A DNA stretch of 64,000 bases from the NCBI GenBank assembly GCA_048213135.1, contig PS015082.1:162466-226465 (forward strand), written 5' to 3'. How positions within the stretch are numbered: position 1 is the first letter of the stretch; the number at the start of each line of letters is the position of its first letter. The notes below the pieces were generated by a model that searched no databases, was not told where the DNA came from, and was given only the letters and a program-made list of their open reading frames with translations. Origin of the DNA: Reclinomonas americana ATCC 50394 (lineage: Eukaryota). Positions 47,255 through 63,309 of this stretch are shown here, in pieces. The position numbers and the translations under genes were made by a program.

Positions 47255-49291
47255 ATGGAGCACTCCAGCGGCGTACACCACGTGCGCCACTCACTCTCTC
47301 TCTCCCTCACGCGCGCTGATGTTGACAGCCGCGTTCACTGACTATTGCTCGTGTCACACACGCAGTGGCAGTGTGCGGCGGAGCGATTGGCGGCGGCCAG
47401 TGCCTCTGCGATGCCTCTGTGGCCGGGCATGACGGAGGAGAGCAGTGGTGGGCGACGATCACGCGCTGCATCGCTCACCGATGTGGTCATTGTCAGTGGA
47501 GAGGTTGCTCTCTCTCTCTCTCTGTCTGTCGTGCCCTGGATCGATCGCTCACTGTGGGGTGTGGGTGGTGAACAGGAGGGTACACGACTGCCGGCACATG
47601 CGGTGATTCTGGCCTCGCGCAACGCGTACTTTGAGGAGATGTTGTGTGGCAGTGGTTTGTTTGTTATTTTCGGCTGCCGCCCGCCCACCTGCATCGTCAA
47701 GGTCGCCCACTGTTGCGTGCAACAGACTGGGCTGAACGAGGCGCTGGTGAGGTCAATCGACGCAGTGTGCCGACGCCGGTCATGGTGCAAGTTCTACGCT
47801 TTCTGTACAGTGGTGCAGTGACGTTTGACAGTGAGACCCTGGTGCCACTGCTGGCGGCCTGCGATGAGATGCGCGTGGAGGAGCTGTTGGCGCACTTGCA
47901 CGAGTTTCTGACGCATAGTCTGACTGCCGACTCGGCCATCGCTATCATGGTTGCGTCCGTCGAAGCGCCTGGGTTCGCATAGCTGATCGTTGCTCACTGC
48001 GTGCAGGAATCCGCCGACACGATGGGCCCGCGCTTCGACGAGCTGCACAAGCGATGCGCCGAGGTCGTATGCAAGAACGCCAAAGCGGCGCTGACGAGCA
48101 GGGCGTTTCAACGCTGTCGCGCCGACACACTCGGTGTCATTCTGCAACGCGACGACCTGATGGCCTCCGAAGAGGAAGTGTGGGACAGCTTGGTGGCATG
48201 GGCCTGCGCACAGTGTCATGTGGCGTCGCACAAGGTCACCGAGTGGAACGACGAAGAGAAGCAGCGGTTACGTGAGATCCTGGAGGAGCCCGTGAAGCAC
48301 CTGCGCCTGCCGTACATGCCAAAGTCGAGGTGAAACAGACCCACTCTGGGAATTCGTCTCTCCTGACTGTGTGTCCTCACTTACGACAACAATGAGGCAG
48401 GGTGCGCGAAGTGTCCGTGAGCACACTGATCCCGGTGGAGCGTGTGCTGCAGTGGACAATATACCTGCTGGAACCGGAAGGAGCGGAGGCAGGGTCCATC
48501 CCTCGGCCTCGTGACGCGCATGTGGCCGCTCGAGTATCGTGCGTGTGGAGTCTGGATGCGACCGACAAGCACTCCTACTACGTGCCCAGTGCAGATGGGC
48601 GCACTGTTGTGTTCAATGCACCGTCGTCACAGTGGCGCGGCTTCATCTTGTCTCATCCCATTCAGTATCCGCGCGGAGGAGTGATTGAGATTACGTGCGT
48701 ACCATGAACGCAGCACGCACCTACACGATGTACACTGATTATTCGTGCGCAGGTGCAAGTTCTCGTTCACCAACACCAGCGGTCGATGCGCGTTTGTTGG
48801 CTTTGCTGCCGGTCATCCAGGAACAGCGGCTCTGATTAGAGACGATGTCTACGCTCACCCGAGCTTCAACCTTGTCAACTACAACAGCAGTCTGCAGTCG
48901 ACCACGAGTTTTCGCCATTTTCCGGTGCGCCGCCACTGCGTGCCTCCCCTTGGGTCACCCCGCAATGGAGTCATGGTCACTGACGCCGTCTGAACAGGGT
49001 GGTACTCCGCTTGACCTCGAGCCGGCTGAGCTGCTGACATTTGTGGTGGACGCGCTCGAGCCGTCGCTGAGCGTGCGTACAACAGGGAATGCAGTGGTTG
49101 GTGACCTCTCAAGCGCTCACTTTGCAGTTGCCGTCGTCCCACTCACCTTCCACTATTAATTACGGCAGAGATTTGACAGCATGTACCCCGCGTGGCGTTT
49201 TCCAGACGAACTCCGCCTTTGCTTCGTGGGATTCAATCCGGCCTCGACATGTACGATAGAATCGGTGCGGGTGCTTTCAATCGGGAGATGA
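47255..49291 (+). CDS. BTB/POZ-BACK domain protein
   Basis: DVVIV, LPAHAVILASRNAYFEEML, VLRFLYSG, L.RDDL..SEEEVWD.LV.W, HLRLPYM. Confidence 0.85.
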
Positions 49292-49345
49292 CAGAAAACA
49301 GTAAAAGATAAAGCACTGTTGATAAGCAAGGCCACCAGCCCGACG

Positions 49346-51596
49346 TCACGGCGCCGCTGCTCCTCGTCGTTGATCAGGCAGTTGTTGATACCCTCCCTGA
49401 TACTGGTCTGGTGCGCCGGCACCATTCGGGGCACCGTGAGCTGCCCCAGGAATCAACCTGACACGGTCATTCCGATTGTCGTTGACGTACGGGTTTTCCT
49501 CGTCGGGTATCTGAGGTGGACGCAGGCCTCGAATCCAGGTTGCGCGGTTGTCCCGTTGTCGGCGGTCGCAGCAACAGCACCGCCACATCCATCGAAGGCA
49601 ACGGAAGCACGCACGGCAGCAGTTGCGAAGGTGCCGGCCGATCACGTAGAACACGGAGAAGATGGCCATGAACGCAGAGGTTCCCAATAGGGCCACCGAA
49701 ACGATGAAGATGAACTGGTCGTGACTGTCGTAGAGCTTGACGAGCCAGATCAGGCCGGCGTTGGTGAACAGCAGCACAAGCATGCAGGCGTTGCACTTGT
49801 TCTCGACCTTGGCCTTGAAGTTATCCATCTGCTTCTGTGTGGTATTTTCGAACATTGATGACTCTGTGGTGGCGCGGCTTCCTGCATCATCGCAACAGCC
49901 GTCAGTAAGCCGCTGCGAAGCATTGCTGGAGATGAAACTCACCCCATGACAGATCGTGCAAACGCGCCACACCGTACGTCGTGAACCCCGGAACGAAGGT
50001 GGCCACAAACGAGTAATATGGCACCAGTGCCACAAGCATGCGCAAGAACGAGCTTGGCGAGTTCAACAGCGCAACAACGTAAGGAGCAGCTGCAAACCCA
50101 ACGGCAATGTAGAACAGCAGTCGGTCGTCGCTGCCAATGTTGTTGATGACGAAAGCCGTGATCGTGAACGCAGTTGTCAGCGTGTTGAAGATGAACAGTA
50201 AGCCAAACGTTCCCATATCCACCGCCGGCGACTTCATGAAGCGGTTGACGACAGCAAATACCAGCCACACTGCCACGTAGAGCCAGTAGAATAACTGCCG
50301 GAAGATGTCGTACATGATGTTGGTGTTGGCAGGGAACATGACGGGGAGACTGTAGGCCAGGGCGATGAGGACCATGGCCGGCGAGTGGTACGTGATGAAG
50401 CTGGTGATGAGCTGGCACAGTAGGAGGAAGTACGTGAAGGCCTTCTTGTACCACACCAACTTCGATTCGACAATCATGCTGGGCGACATGACCGTCAGGT
50501 ACATGAGGCAGCAGATGGCACCGTTGTTCCAGCGACGGCGCTGGTAGATGAACGACTCGATGCTGGTCTCGGCCTGGAAGTAGAAGACGGCGTCGGGTAC
50601 CCAGGCAGTAAACGCCTGCGCTGATGCGTGCTTCAGCACCAGAGCAAAGCTGAGGATGCGATCTGCGCAGTCAGGGGTGGTGGTGAGCCGCGTGGTCTTC
50701 TTCGCATAGAGAAAAACAGCAAAGTGTGCGAACCTTCGGCATTGCGGATGTTGGCCTGCATCAGACTCGTCTTGTGGATCTCCTCCTCAATCGTCTCAAA
50801 GTAAAATGGAAGGACGTCGTCTTGCACACTGCGATCCGAGTAGCGAATCATGCAAGCGGGTCCTGGTAAGACTGGTAGAAGTGAGCCAGTGGCAAACGCT
50901 GCCATCTGCAAGTTGCACGAGCTTTCCACATCGGCAACCTGCACCATGCGCAGGAACCAGCCGGCGGCACCATCGGTGGACCTCTCCGCCTTGGCGGTCA
51001 TCACACGTGGTCGGCCAGTGGCTCCCACGCAGTTGGGGTTGCGTACCATGTACTCGACAAGACTGACCAGACAGCGGTCGGAGAAGCCAGTACCACAGTC
51101 ACTGGAGAAGGCGAGATGTGGCTGGTACTCTCGGCAAGCTCCGTCGTAGAACCAGCGGTGCGAGTTGTGCTTGCGCCTGTTGCCTTGCTTGACCACCAGT
51201 GTCACGTATCGACCGAGCAGCATGCCGTGCGGCACGGGGGCCGACACGTAAGCGTCAGGTGCGTTGACTCCTGGAATATGCCGTACATACTCGATGACAC
51301 AGGTGCGCCGTGCCATCTCGGACCCTTCTTTGGCATCCGACATGAACTCTCGCCAGTCGTAAATACCGTGGAACAAGGAGCCAAGCACACGTTTCATGGA
51401 GGTCGACATGGCGCCCCAGCCGTCTTGCACAATGCAAAAGCGCTGTTCGACCTCGTCTGGCAAGCCGCGCTGATTGAGCACGAGCTGTTGCAGGGTGCGG
51501 ATCATCTCGTAGCCTTCCTCGTTGTAGGCACAAATGAGCGACAATAAGCGCAACGCCGCTGTCGCCCACTGCATGGGTGCAAAGTATTGCACACGC

Positions 51597-51684
<88 letters not shown>

Positions 51685-52103
51685 GGTGTTGTTGTTGGTG
51701 GTGTTGTTGTTGTTGTTGTTGTGGATTCTGGTTCCCGTTGCCACCCGCAGCAGGCGCACCGTTAGGCAGCTGGCGAAAGTTCACGACTTCGTCCACGCCC
51801 TCTTCGTTCTGTCGTCGGCGCGCCGGAACGTGCGGCTTGTAGGCGTCGTTGTAGCGTGTAATTGAGAGAAACACGCCGGCTTGGTCTGCCACCGGAATGA
51901 GCACGCGCGAACCGCCAGGTACATCATGCGGGAGCCCCGATGCGATCGGCCATCGGTCTGGAAGAGGGGCGTCCGCACCTGTTGCGTGAAACGTGACGAG
52001 AGTATGACAATGAGAACGACATGACGACGAATGTATTCAGCCGAAGCTTACCAGCAGGGGCGCCAGCAGCTGCTGCAGCCGCAGGTGGAGCTGCTGCAGC
52101 CAT
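49346..52103 (-). CDS. Chitin synthase (GT2), copy 1, with polyQ insert
   Basis: YNE, QDGW, NRRKHNSHRWF, DCGT, LPVLPGP, AE|DRILS, QRRRW and multiple TM helices. Confidence 0.9.
51598..51721. repeat. (CAA)n coding repeat giving polyglutamine in chitin synthase 1
   Basis: (GTT)n on the + strand, in frame on the - strand. Confidence 0.95.
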
Positions 52104-52299
52104 CCACTCTCCACAAAGGCAACGAAAGAGACAAACACGACAGACAACAACAACAACAACAACAACAACAAGCCGCTAGCCTTGTTTGTTACACAACGCG
52201 GCACATGTTAGAGAGCCGGGAGTCGATCATGTCAGCCGTGATCACAGTGTAACCCACACACACCGGCGGTGGCGGTGTGTTCGTTTCCCGGCAACAAGA

Positions 52300-52455
52300 C
52301 GACAGTGAGGACCTCACAGCGATGCATGCACATTACTGACACAATCATGCACCGATGAGGCGACCATCGCGATCGCCGCGATGCACCTCACACACCATCA
52401 TACGTCGTCATGGCTGCAGTGCGGTGGCACAGCGATCCCACGCATCGTCAACTCC
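52300..52455. promoter_or_regulatory. Conserved upstream element, copy 1 (upstream of chitin synthase 1)
   Basis: Core ATGAGGCGACCATCGC..GCCG.G.TGCAC..ACAC..CATGGCT.C.GTGCG..GGCAC is shared with ~55600-55746 and ~58770-58905. Confidence 0.5.
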
Positions 52456-52620
52456 GCGCGTACTTGATTCTTTTTTGTGTTTCCCGCCCGCGAGCGCGCG
52501 CTATCGTCATCAATCATGATAGCAAGAGAAACGCCCGAAGTATGCAGCGCAGTGGATCTAAAGACTGTATTAAATGATACGAAACACTGCTGAGATTAAA
52601 GCAAGGCCACCAGCCCTACG

Positions 52621-54953
52621 TCACGGCGCCGCTGCTCCTCGTCGTTGATCAGGCAGTTGTTGATACCCTCCCTGATACTGGTCTGGTGCGCCGGCACCAT
52701 TCGGGGCACCGTGAGCTGCCCCAGGAATCAACCTGACACGGTCATTCCGATTGTCGTTGACGTACGGGTTGTCCTCGTCGGGCATCTGAGGTGGACGCCA
52801 GCCTTGCGGGGGAATCCAGCTGACGCGGTTGTCCCGTTGTTTGCGGTCGCAGCAACAGCAGCGCCACATCCTACGAAGGCAACGGAAGCACGCACGGCAG
52901 CAGTTGTAAATGTGCCGGCCGATCACGTAGAACACGGAGAAGATGGCCATGAACGCAGAGGTTCCCAATAGGGCCACCGAAACGATGAAGATGAACTGGT
53001 CGTGACTGTCGTAGAGCTTGACGAGCCAGATCAGGCCGGCGTTGGTGAACAGCAGCACAAGCATGCAGGCGTTGCACTTGTTCTCGACCTTGGCCTTGAA
53101 GTCATCCATCTGCTTCTGTGTGGTATTTTCGAACATTGACGACTCTGTGGTGGCGCGGCTTCCTGCATCATCGCAACAGCCGTTAGTAAGCCGCTGCGAA
53201 GCAAGGCGCCACCAACTATGAGATGAAACTCACCCCATGACAAATCGTGCAAACGCGCCACACCGTACGTCGTGAACCCCGGAACGAAGGTGGCCACAAA
53301 CGAGTAATATGGCACCAGCGCAACCAGCATGCGCAGGAACGAGCTTGGCGAGTTCAACAGCGCGACAGCATACGGAGCAGCTGCAAACCCAACGGCAATG
53401 TAGAACAGCAGTCTGTCGTCGCTGCCAATGTTGTTGATGACGAAAGCCGTGATCGTGAATGCAGTTGTCAGCGTGTTGAAGATGAACAGTAAGCCGAACG
53501 TTCCCATATCCACCGCCGGCGACTTCATGAAGCGGTTGACGACAGCAAACACCAGCCACACAGCCACGTAGAGCCAGTAGAATAGCTGCCGGAAGATGTC
53601 GTACATGACGTTGGCTGTCTCGTCGGTGGGGAACATGACGGGGAGACTGTAGGCGAGGGCGATGAGGACCATGGCCGGCGAGTGGTACGTGATGAAGCTG
53701 GTGATGAGTTGGCACAGCAGGAGGAAGTACGTGAAGGCCTTCTTGTACCACACCAACTTCGATTCGACAATCATGCTGGGCGACATGACCGTCAGGTACA
53801 TGAGGCAGCAGATGGCACCGTTGTTCCAGCGGCGGCGCTGGTAGATGAACGACTCGATGCTGGTCTCGGCCTGAAAATAGAAGACGGCGTCGGGCACCCA
53901 GGCAGTGTACGCCTGCTCCGATGCGTGCTTCAGCACCAGGGCAAAGCTGAGGATGCGATCTGTGCAGTCAGGGGTGGTGGTGAGCCGCGTGGTCTTCTTC
54001 ACATAGAGAAAAACAGCAAAGTGTGCGAACCTTCGGCATTGCGGATGTTAGCCTGCATCAAACTCGTCTTGTGGATCTCCTCCTCAATCGTCTCAAAGTA
54101 GAACGGAAGGACGTCCTCTTGCACGCTGCGATCCGAGTAGCGAATCATGCAAGCGGGCCCGGGAAGGACGGGCAATAGTGAGCCAGTGGCAAACGCTGCC
54201 ATCTGCAAGTTGCACGAGCTCTCCACATCGGCAACCTGCACCATGCGCAGGAACCAGCCGGCAGCACCGTCAGTGGACTTCTCCGCCTTGGCTGTCATCA
54301 CACGTGGTCGGCCAGTGGCTCCCACACAGTTGGGGTTGCGTACCATGTACTCAACAAGACTGGCCAGACAGCGGTCGGAGAAGCCAGTACCGCAGTCACT
54401 GGAGAAGGCGAGATGTGGCTGGTACTCTCGGCAAGCTCCGTCGTAGAACCAGCGGTGCGAGTTGTGCTTGCGTCTGTTGCCTTGCTTGACCACCAGTGTC
54501 ACGTATCGACCATGCAGCATGCCGTGCGGCACGGGAGTTGACACATACGTGTCAGCCGCGTTGACTCCAGGTATGCGCTGCACATACTCGATGACACACG
54601 TGCGCCGTGCCATTGCGGATCCTTCCGGGGCGTGGTCCGACATGAACGGCCGCCAGTCGTGAACGCCGTGAAACAAGGAGCCAAGCACACGTTTCATGGA
54701 GGTCGACATGGCGCCCCAGCCGTCTTGCACAATGCAGACGCGCTGTTCGACCTCGTCTGGCAAGCCGCGCTGATTGAGCACGAGTTGTTGCAGGGTGCGG
54801 ATCATCTCGTAGCCATCCTCGTTGTAGGCACAAATGAGCGACAATACTCGCAACGCCGCTGTGGCCCACTGCACAGGCGCAAAGTACTGCACACGCTGTC
54901 GCGGCGCCGGCGCCGCGGGTGCCTGCACCTGCTGTCGCTGCTGCTGCTGCTGC

Positions 54954-54993
<40 letters not shown>

Positions 54994-55229
54994 GATTCTG
55001 GTTCCCCGCAGCGGGCCCACCCATCGGCATGGGGTTGAAGTCCACGATCTCTTCGACTTCGAGTTCATTCTGCTGCCGACGCGCCTGTACGTCTGGCTTG
55101 TAGGCGTCGTCGTAGCGTGTAATCGAGAGAAACACGTCGCGTTGGCCTGCCACCGGAATGAGCACGCGCGAACCGCCAGTCACCGGCTGTGTAAGTGGCG
55201 AGTTGAATGGCCATGGGTCTGGTGGAGGG

Positions 55230-55273
<44 letters not shown>

Positions 55274-55387
55274 ACCAGCTGCTGCATGAAAACGAGAATG
55301 CAATGAGTGTGACTGTGACACGACGACGAGAGAGCTCCAAGACGTACCAGCAGCTGCTGCAGCCGCAGGAGGAACTGCTGCAGCCAT
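52621..55387 (-). CDS. Chitin synthase (GT2), copy 2, with polyN and polyQ tracts
   Basis: Same motifs and intron positions as copy 1; highly similar nucleotide sequence. Confidence 0.9.
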
Positions 55388-55599
55388 CCACTCTCCACAA
55401 AAGCAACCAAAAAGACACGACATGACAGACAACAACAACAGGCCGCTAGCCTTTCGTTGCACAAACACGGCCGACGACATGGGCGGATTGATCACTCGTC
55501 ATCCTGTCAGCCGTGATCACACTGCAACCCACACACAACGGCGGTGGCGGTGTGTTCAATTGCTAGCGGTGTTTTCCGGCAACAAGACGACACCGAGGA

Positions 55600-55746
55600 T
55601 CACACCAGCGACGCATGCGCATTGCTAATACAATCATGCATCGATGAGGCGACCATCGCGATCGCCGAGGTGCACGCCACACACTGTCGTGCATCATCAC
55701 ATGGCTACAGTGCGGTGGCACAGCGATCCCACACATCGTCAACTCC
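55600..55746. promoter_or_regulatory. Conserved upstream element, copy 2 (upstream of chitin synthase 2)
   Basis: Aligns by eye with 52300-52455. Confidence 0.5.
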
Positions 55747-55945
55747 ACAGTGTGTTATTGTTGACGAGTCACTTCGGGACTTGCAGATGACTTGGGACGT
55801 CGATGGCAGGTGCAATGACCGATGGGCCGCGGAAAGTCGTCACAACCATGTATGTTACTGTCGGGAACCCTGCCAAGCAAAGTCTGATCTCAAGCCACCT
55901 TGTATCAATAGTCATCATTCATTCTCCCAGCATTCTTCTGCCATC

Positions 55946-58560
<2,615 letters not shown>

Positions 58561-58769
58561 GGTGGTGGTGGTGGTCGCGTGTGATGTGAATTCGAAGGCG
58601 GAGAAATGAAATTCGACTTGTTGTTGGCAACTTCGTTCGCTAAAGAACGGGGTCAAAATGCGGCCAACTTGCACGGACATTGGAGTCGAGTCGAGTCGGG
58701 TCGGCTGAGGCGACAAAAAAACACTTGGCGTGTGCGTGGATGAATGGGCTGATGCATGTGCAGAAATAA

Positions 58770-58905
58770 CACGCAGCGCGCCCTGCGCATGCAAATTGCC
58801 GACACATTCATGATGGATCAATGAGGCGACCATCGCAACTGCCGAGGTGCACCTTAAACACTGTCATACATCATCGTGTGCATGGCTGCTGTGCGTTGGC
58901 ACCGA
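58770..58905. promoter_or_regulatory. Conserved upstream element, copy 3 (between the DUF4139-Ub gene and SMYD gene 1)
   Basis: AATGAGGCGACCATCGCAACTGCCGAGGTGCACCTTAAACACTGTCATACATCATCGTGTGCATGGCTGCTGTGCGTTGGCAC matches the chitin-synthase upstream element. Confidence 0.5.
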
Positions 58906-58985
58906 CAACGTCGCGCGTATAATTTTTGATATGTTGTTTTTCCCGCCACAAACGCGAGTGCGCTGCGCCTCACCAGCTCGTAAAG

Positions 58986-60881
58986 ATGGACTTGGAAGCA
59001 GGCGATGCCGACGATCTCCATCGCGGCCTGCCCAACATGCGTGTGTTGCTTGGCAAGTACGGTCGGTGAGTTGCTCACACAGCGACCAACGCGTGTCCGC
59101 CGTCGCTCCTCGCTCACTCTCTCGCTTGCTCTCTCCAACAGCTTCTGCGTGGCCACTCGAGAGTTTCGTCATCGCCACTCTCTCCTTTTCGTTGGTTCAC
59201 TGCGATCTCATCATTCATCATTCATCGACACAGTATTGATGCTGGCGAGGTGATTATGGAGGAGCCGGCGTATGGAATGATGGTGGTGCATGGAGAGAGG
59301 CGACGAGTGTGCGATCATTGTCATGGTCGCTACATGCGGTGAGAGAGAGGCAGAGTGAGAGAGCAAGTGTGTGTGTAATCGCTCACTCGCACGCGCGTGC
59401 GCGCTCAGTCGAAAGGCACCGGGTCAGCCGCCTGAGTTTGCCAACTTGCCGTACGCCTGTGTGGGTGGCTGTGGTGTGGTGTTCTTCTGCTCGGTACAGT
59501 GTCGCCGTTCAGGTTCGTTCAGAGGCTCGTCGTTTGGTTGCTGCGTGTCGGTGTGTGACAAGTGTGTGTGCAGCGTCGGCCGATCATGCGCGCAGTGGCG
59601 AGTGTGGCATCTTTCGCGCGTTTCACATGTTGGAGACCGACATTCGTCGCACTGGCTACGATGGCGACATTACGTCGGCGTACTTGTCGCTGCGGATGCA
59701 GGCGCGACGCAATCTGGAGTTTATGAGTGCGATGGCGTCGTCGGTGGAGGACCGACAGACACATGGTCCAGAGGAGCCGCTGAGTGACGACCAGACAGCA
59801 CTGCTGCGGCGACACATATGGCGTCTGGAGCAGCAGCTGGCCGACCAGGGCACATTGATCAAGTCGCTTCGTGCGGAGGTGGCCAACAGAAATGCCACGA
59901 TTGAGGACCTGGAGAAGCGGATCGAGGGTGTGGTGGGCGCACTGTTGCGTGGCTTGTCACCACCGATTGCCCAACGTGCGGTGGAGGGCGCAGGATTGGT
60001 GGTGGCGGTCGGCGACGCAGGCAAGGCTGCGACGCCGAAGCGATCAACATCGGTTCCTGTTTCACCGTCGTCGTCGTCGTCGTCGGCACCACCGCCGGCG
60101 GCATTTTCGCCGCCCGGCTCGGTCGCAGTCTTGTCGCCATCGATGGAACGCTACGAACTGCAAACACGACGCTCGTCAAGTGCCGCAGTGCAGCCACCGA
60201 CGCCGCAACAACACACACAACAGCAACGACACAATGTCACACCGCCGCCTGCCGAGTACTCGCACTTTACGGCGTTGGCGACCAATTTCGGGCGCATCTC
60301 CAGCGGCGACATGGAGACGTACAGCATGCTGGCGGGTTTCATGCGCCGTGCGTTGGAGGAGGCCGAATCGCGGGTGGTGGCCTCGGAGAAGGAGCTGGTG
60401 GAGGGCTTTTGTCGGATTCAGTGCAACGGCTTCGATCCGGAGGAGGAGTTGTCGGAGGAACTCATGCGCGCCAAGCACGCACAAGACGCTCGCGACGCCG
60501 ACGGCGACACCGATGGGGACTCCAACAGCAACGATCCCTACGCCAGTGCCGTGTATCCGTACATTAGTCTGATGAACCACAGCTGCGATCCAAACGCAGT
60601 GGTGGAGATCGACGCCACGCATGTCGCCCGCTCGCGAGTGATGCGTCTCAGCACGTTGCGACCGATTGCACGCGGCGAGGAGATCAACATTTCCTACGTC
60701 GACACCGACTGGTCGCTGTCGAAGAGACGGGAACACCTGCTCACGTATCACCTGTTTGAGTGCCAAGTTGCGTGCTGCGGCGAGGTGGTGAAGTTGTCGT
60801 TGAGTTCCTCACCGGTACTGTTTGCGCTTGTCGCAGTGTCCACGGTGTCTGCGAGAGAGCGCACTTGCGAGCAGAATGTAA
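58986..60881 (+). CDS. SET and MYND (SMYD-like) lysine methyltransferase, copy 1
   Basis: GR|FCVATRD|IDAGEVI, CDHC...CVGGCG...CS..C, SLMNHSCDPN, GEEINISYVD, FECQ|CPRC. Confidence 0.88.
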
Positions 60882-61070
60882 TGCGCGCTATGTAGTGAAC
60901 TCCCCCCCCTCCCCCCNNNNNNNNNNNNNNNNNNNNGGAAGAGTACTACTACTAGAGGAACGGACGACGACGTACGTAGTAGTAGTATACTACTACGAGA
61001 GAGACGACGACGTACGTAGTACGTAGTGTGTCGTACGTCACGACGACGTACGTACGTACGTACGTACGTA

Positions 61071-61072
<2 letters not shown>

Positions 61073-61156
<84 letters not shown>
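61073..61156. repeat. (CA)n microsatellite
   Basis: Directly visible. Confidence 0.95.
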
Positions 61157-61158
<2 letters not shown>

Positions 61159-61198
61159 CTGGGCTGTCTGTCTTACATATGCACACTGTGAGGCGCAG

Positions 61199-63152
61199 AA
61201 AAATGTCGAGCAACAAGAAGGAGGCCATTGACCTCAAGTATCCGTGTGTCGGCGGCTGTGGTGTGGTGTATTACTGCTCCCTGGCGTGTCGGCAACGCGG
61301 TGCTCCGCGCCACCAGCGCAGTGGCGAGTGTGCAGCCTTCCATGCCTTCCGCATGCGCGAGGAGGAGGTCGGCAAGTACTACCTGGGCGATCTGACCTCG
61401 TGCTGCCTGTGTCTGCGCATGATGGCGCACCACAATCTGGAGGAGTTGGAGAAGTCGCTGGAGGGCTTGCGACAGCAACTGCGAGCGGAGTTGGCGGCGT
61501 TGGATGTCGACAGTGCGGTGGCGGTGGCGGCCACGGCCACCACACCAGGAATGCCGCACGAGGAGCCGACGGGTCATGCGGCTGCGTACATTACGGCGCA
61601 CATGGATCTGCCGCCGCTCTCCGGCCAGTGGATCTTGTACCAGCAGCGTGAGGTGTGTGACCTCTCCTTGTCTCTTGGGGGGCTATCGCTCAATGCATGT
61701 TGCTGCAGTTGCTGCGTTCGCGTGCACGACTGGCGGCGCTGGACAAGCGCTGTGGCGAGCAGACCGATCAGCTGTGGCGACAGCAGGAGACCATCAAGCG
61801 CCAACAGGCGCTGCTGGCGGCGCAGTTTGAGCAACTGCGTGCTGTCATGGCACTTGTGGAGGGCACAGTGACGCCGGGCGAGGTCGACCTGTCACCCGCC
61901 ACACTCCTGGCGGTCTGTCGTCTTTTCTCTCTCTCTCTCTCTTTCGCTGTGTGTTGACGTGACGTTGACACCCATAATGTTGTTGTTGGTGGGGGGGACG
62001 CAGGCGGCTGGTATCAGTGCGGATGAGATTGCGCCAAGCAGCCATGCCGATCCTTCTGCCTCGGCATCGTCGGCAAGCAGTGAGCCGACGGCTGTTGGCG
62101 ATGCTAATGCGGCACCGCGCGGTGAGGTGTCGATTGCGGCGGTGGAGGTGGCTGGTGGTCAGATGATGGACGTGCTGGCGCCACCACCACCGCAGTCGGA
62201 TCAGTCGCCACCGGCCGAGCAGGCGGTGGAGTTGGTGGTCACGGATCCGGATTCACGGCGACCGCTGCAGTACCCGCCGCGCCATCTGCGACCGCGTGCA
62301 CCCGCCGGTAAGTACGAGCATCTGATGGCGCTGACGCCCAACATGGACATGGTCAGCGACCACGATCGTCGCAACTACTCCATCTGTGCTCGCCAGTTGC
62401 ACTTGGCCATGGTGGAGGCCGAGTGGGCCACGATCCCCTCGGAGGAGGAGGTGGTGGAGAATCTGTGTCGCATTCAGTGCAACCATTTTGGTGCGTGTAT
62501 TGTAGAAGAGTGTGTGTGCATGTGTGTGCAAGCATCTTACTCTTATGTGTCAGATCTGGAGGACGACGATGAGGAGTCGTATGCCGAGGCGCTGTATACG
62601 TACATTAGTATGATGAATCACTCGTGCGAGCCGAATGGCGAGGTGGAGATCGAGGTGTGTGTGACCCTGCTTATCCACTGATATTGGAAGACGTTGTGCT
62701 GATCTCTCTCTTGTGCGTGTAGAATGGATACATTATTCGCCTGGTGGCCCTCAAGGACATTGAGGTCGGCGACGAGGTCAACATCTCCTACGTCGACACC
62801 TCGTGGACTCTCTTTTCGCGCCAGAAGCACTTGCGGCGATTCCACTTGTTCGACTGTATGGTAAGCAGTATGTGCGGGTGGGCATGCGCACGCTTGGGAG
62901 CATCTTGATTCTGACCGACCCCGTTCTCGTGCGCCGCTGCAGTGCTCGCGGTGCGTCCGCGAGACGGCGGAGGAGGAGTCGAATGCGCGCGCTCGCCGTG
63001 AGCGAGAAGAGTCGGGAGCTGCGGATCCGGCAGATCCGGCTGAGGACGACGACGAAGAGGAGGAGGAAGAGGAGGATGCCAACGAGGAGAACGAAGATGC
63101 CGAGGGAACCGATGGTGGCGAGGGCGACGACGAAGAAGCCGACGAGGAGTAG
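61199..63152 (+). CDS. SMYD-like SET methyltransferase, copy 2 (5' exons missing at the gap)
   Basis: CVGGCGVVYYCSLAC, CRIQCN, SMMNHSCEPN, GDEVNISYVD, FDCM|CSRC, acidic tail; starts at a phase-2 acceptor equivalent to intron 3 of copy 1. Confidence 0.85.
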
Positions 63153-63309
63153 ACACCCGCAGCGGCAGTGGGCTTCATGGCGGCCGAATGAGCGAGGAAT
63201 CCACCCGCCCACAATTACCGCACCACTCGTCTCTCGTTCTTCTCGTTCTTTTTACAGCCCTAGGTACAGAAGAGTGTATCGTGTGTTGCGGATAGTGCGT
63301 CTCATCTCA

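Noticed and set aside
55640-55746. C/D-box snoRNA or snRNA in the repeated upstream element
   Set aside because: A GTGATGA box-C-like motif is present in only one copy, and no U1/U6/Sm-site signatures were recognised
60937-61072. TACG/ACGT-rich quasi-palindromic repeat beside a gap
   Set aside because: Looks like low-quality pyrosequencing flow-order (TACG) noise at a contig end next to a microsatellite, not a biological repeat or CRISPR
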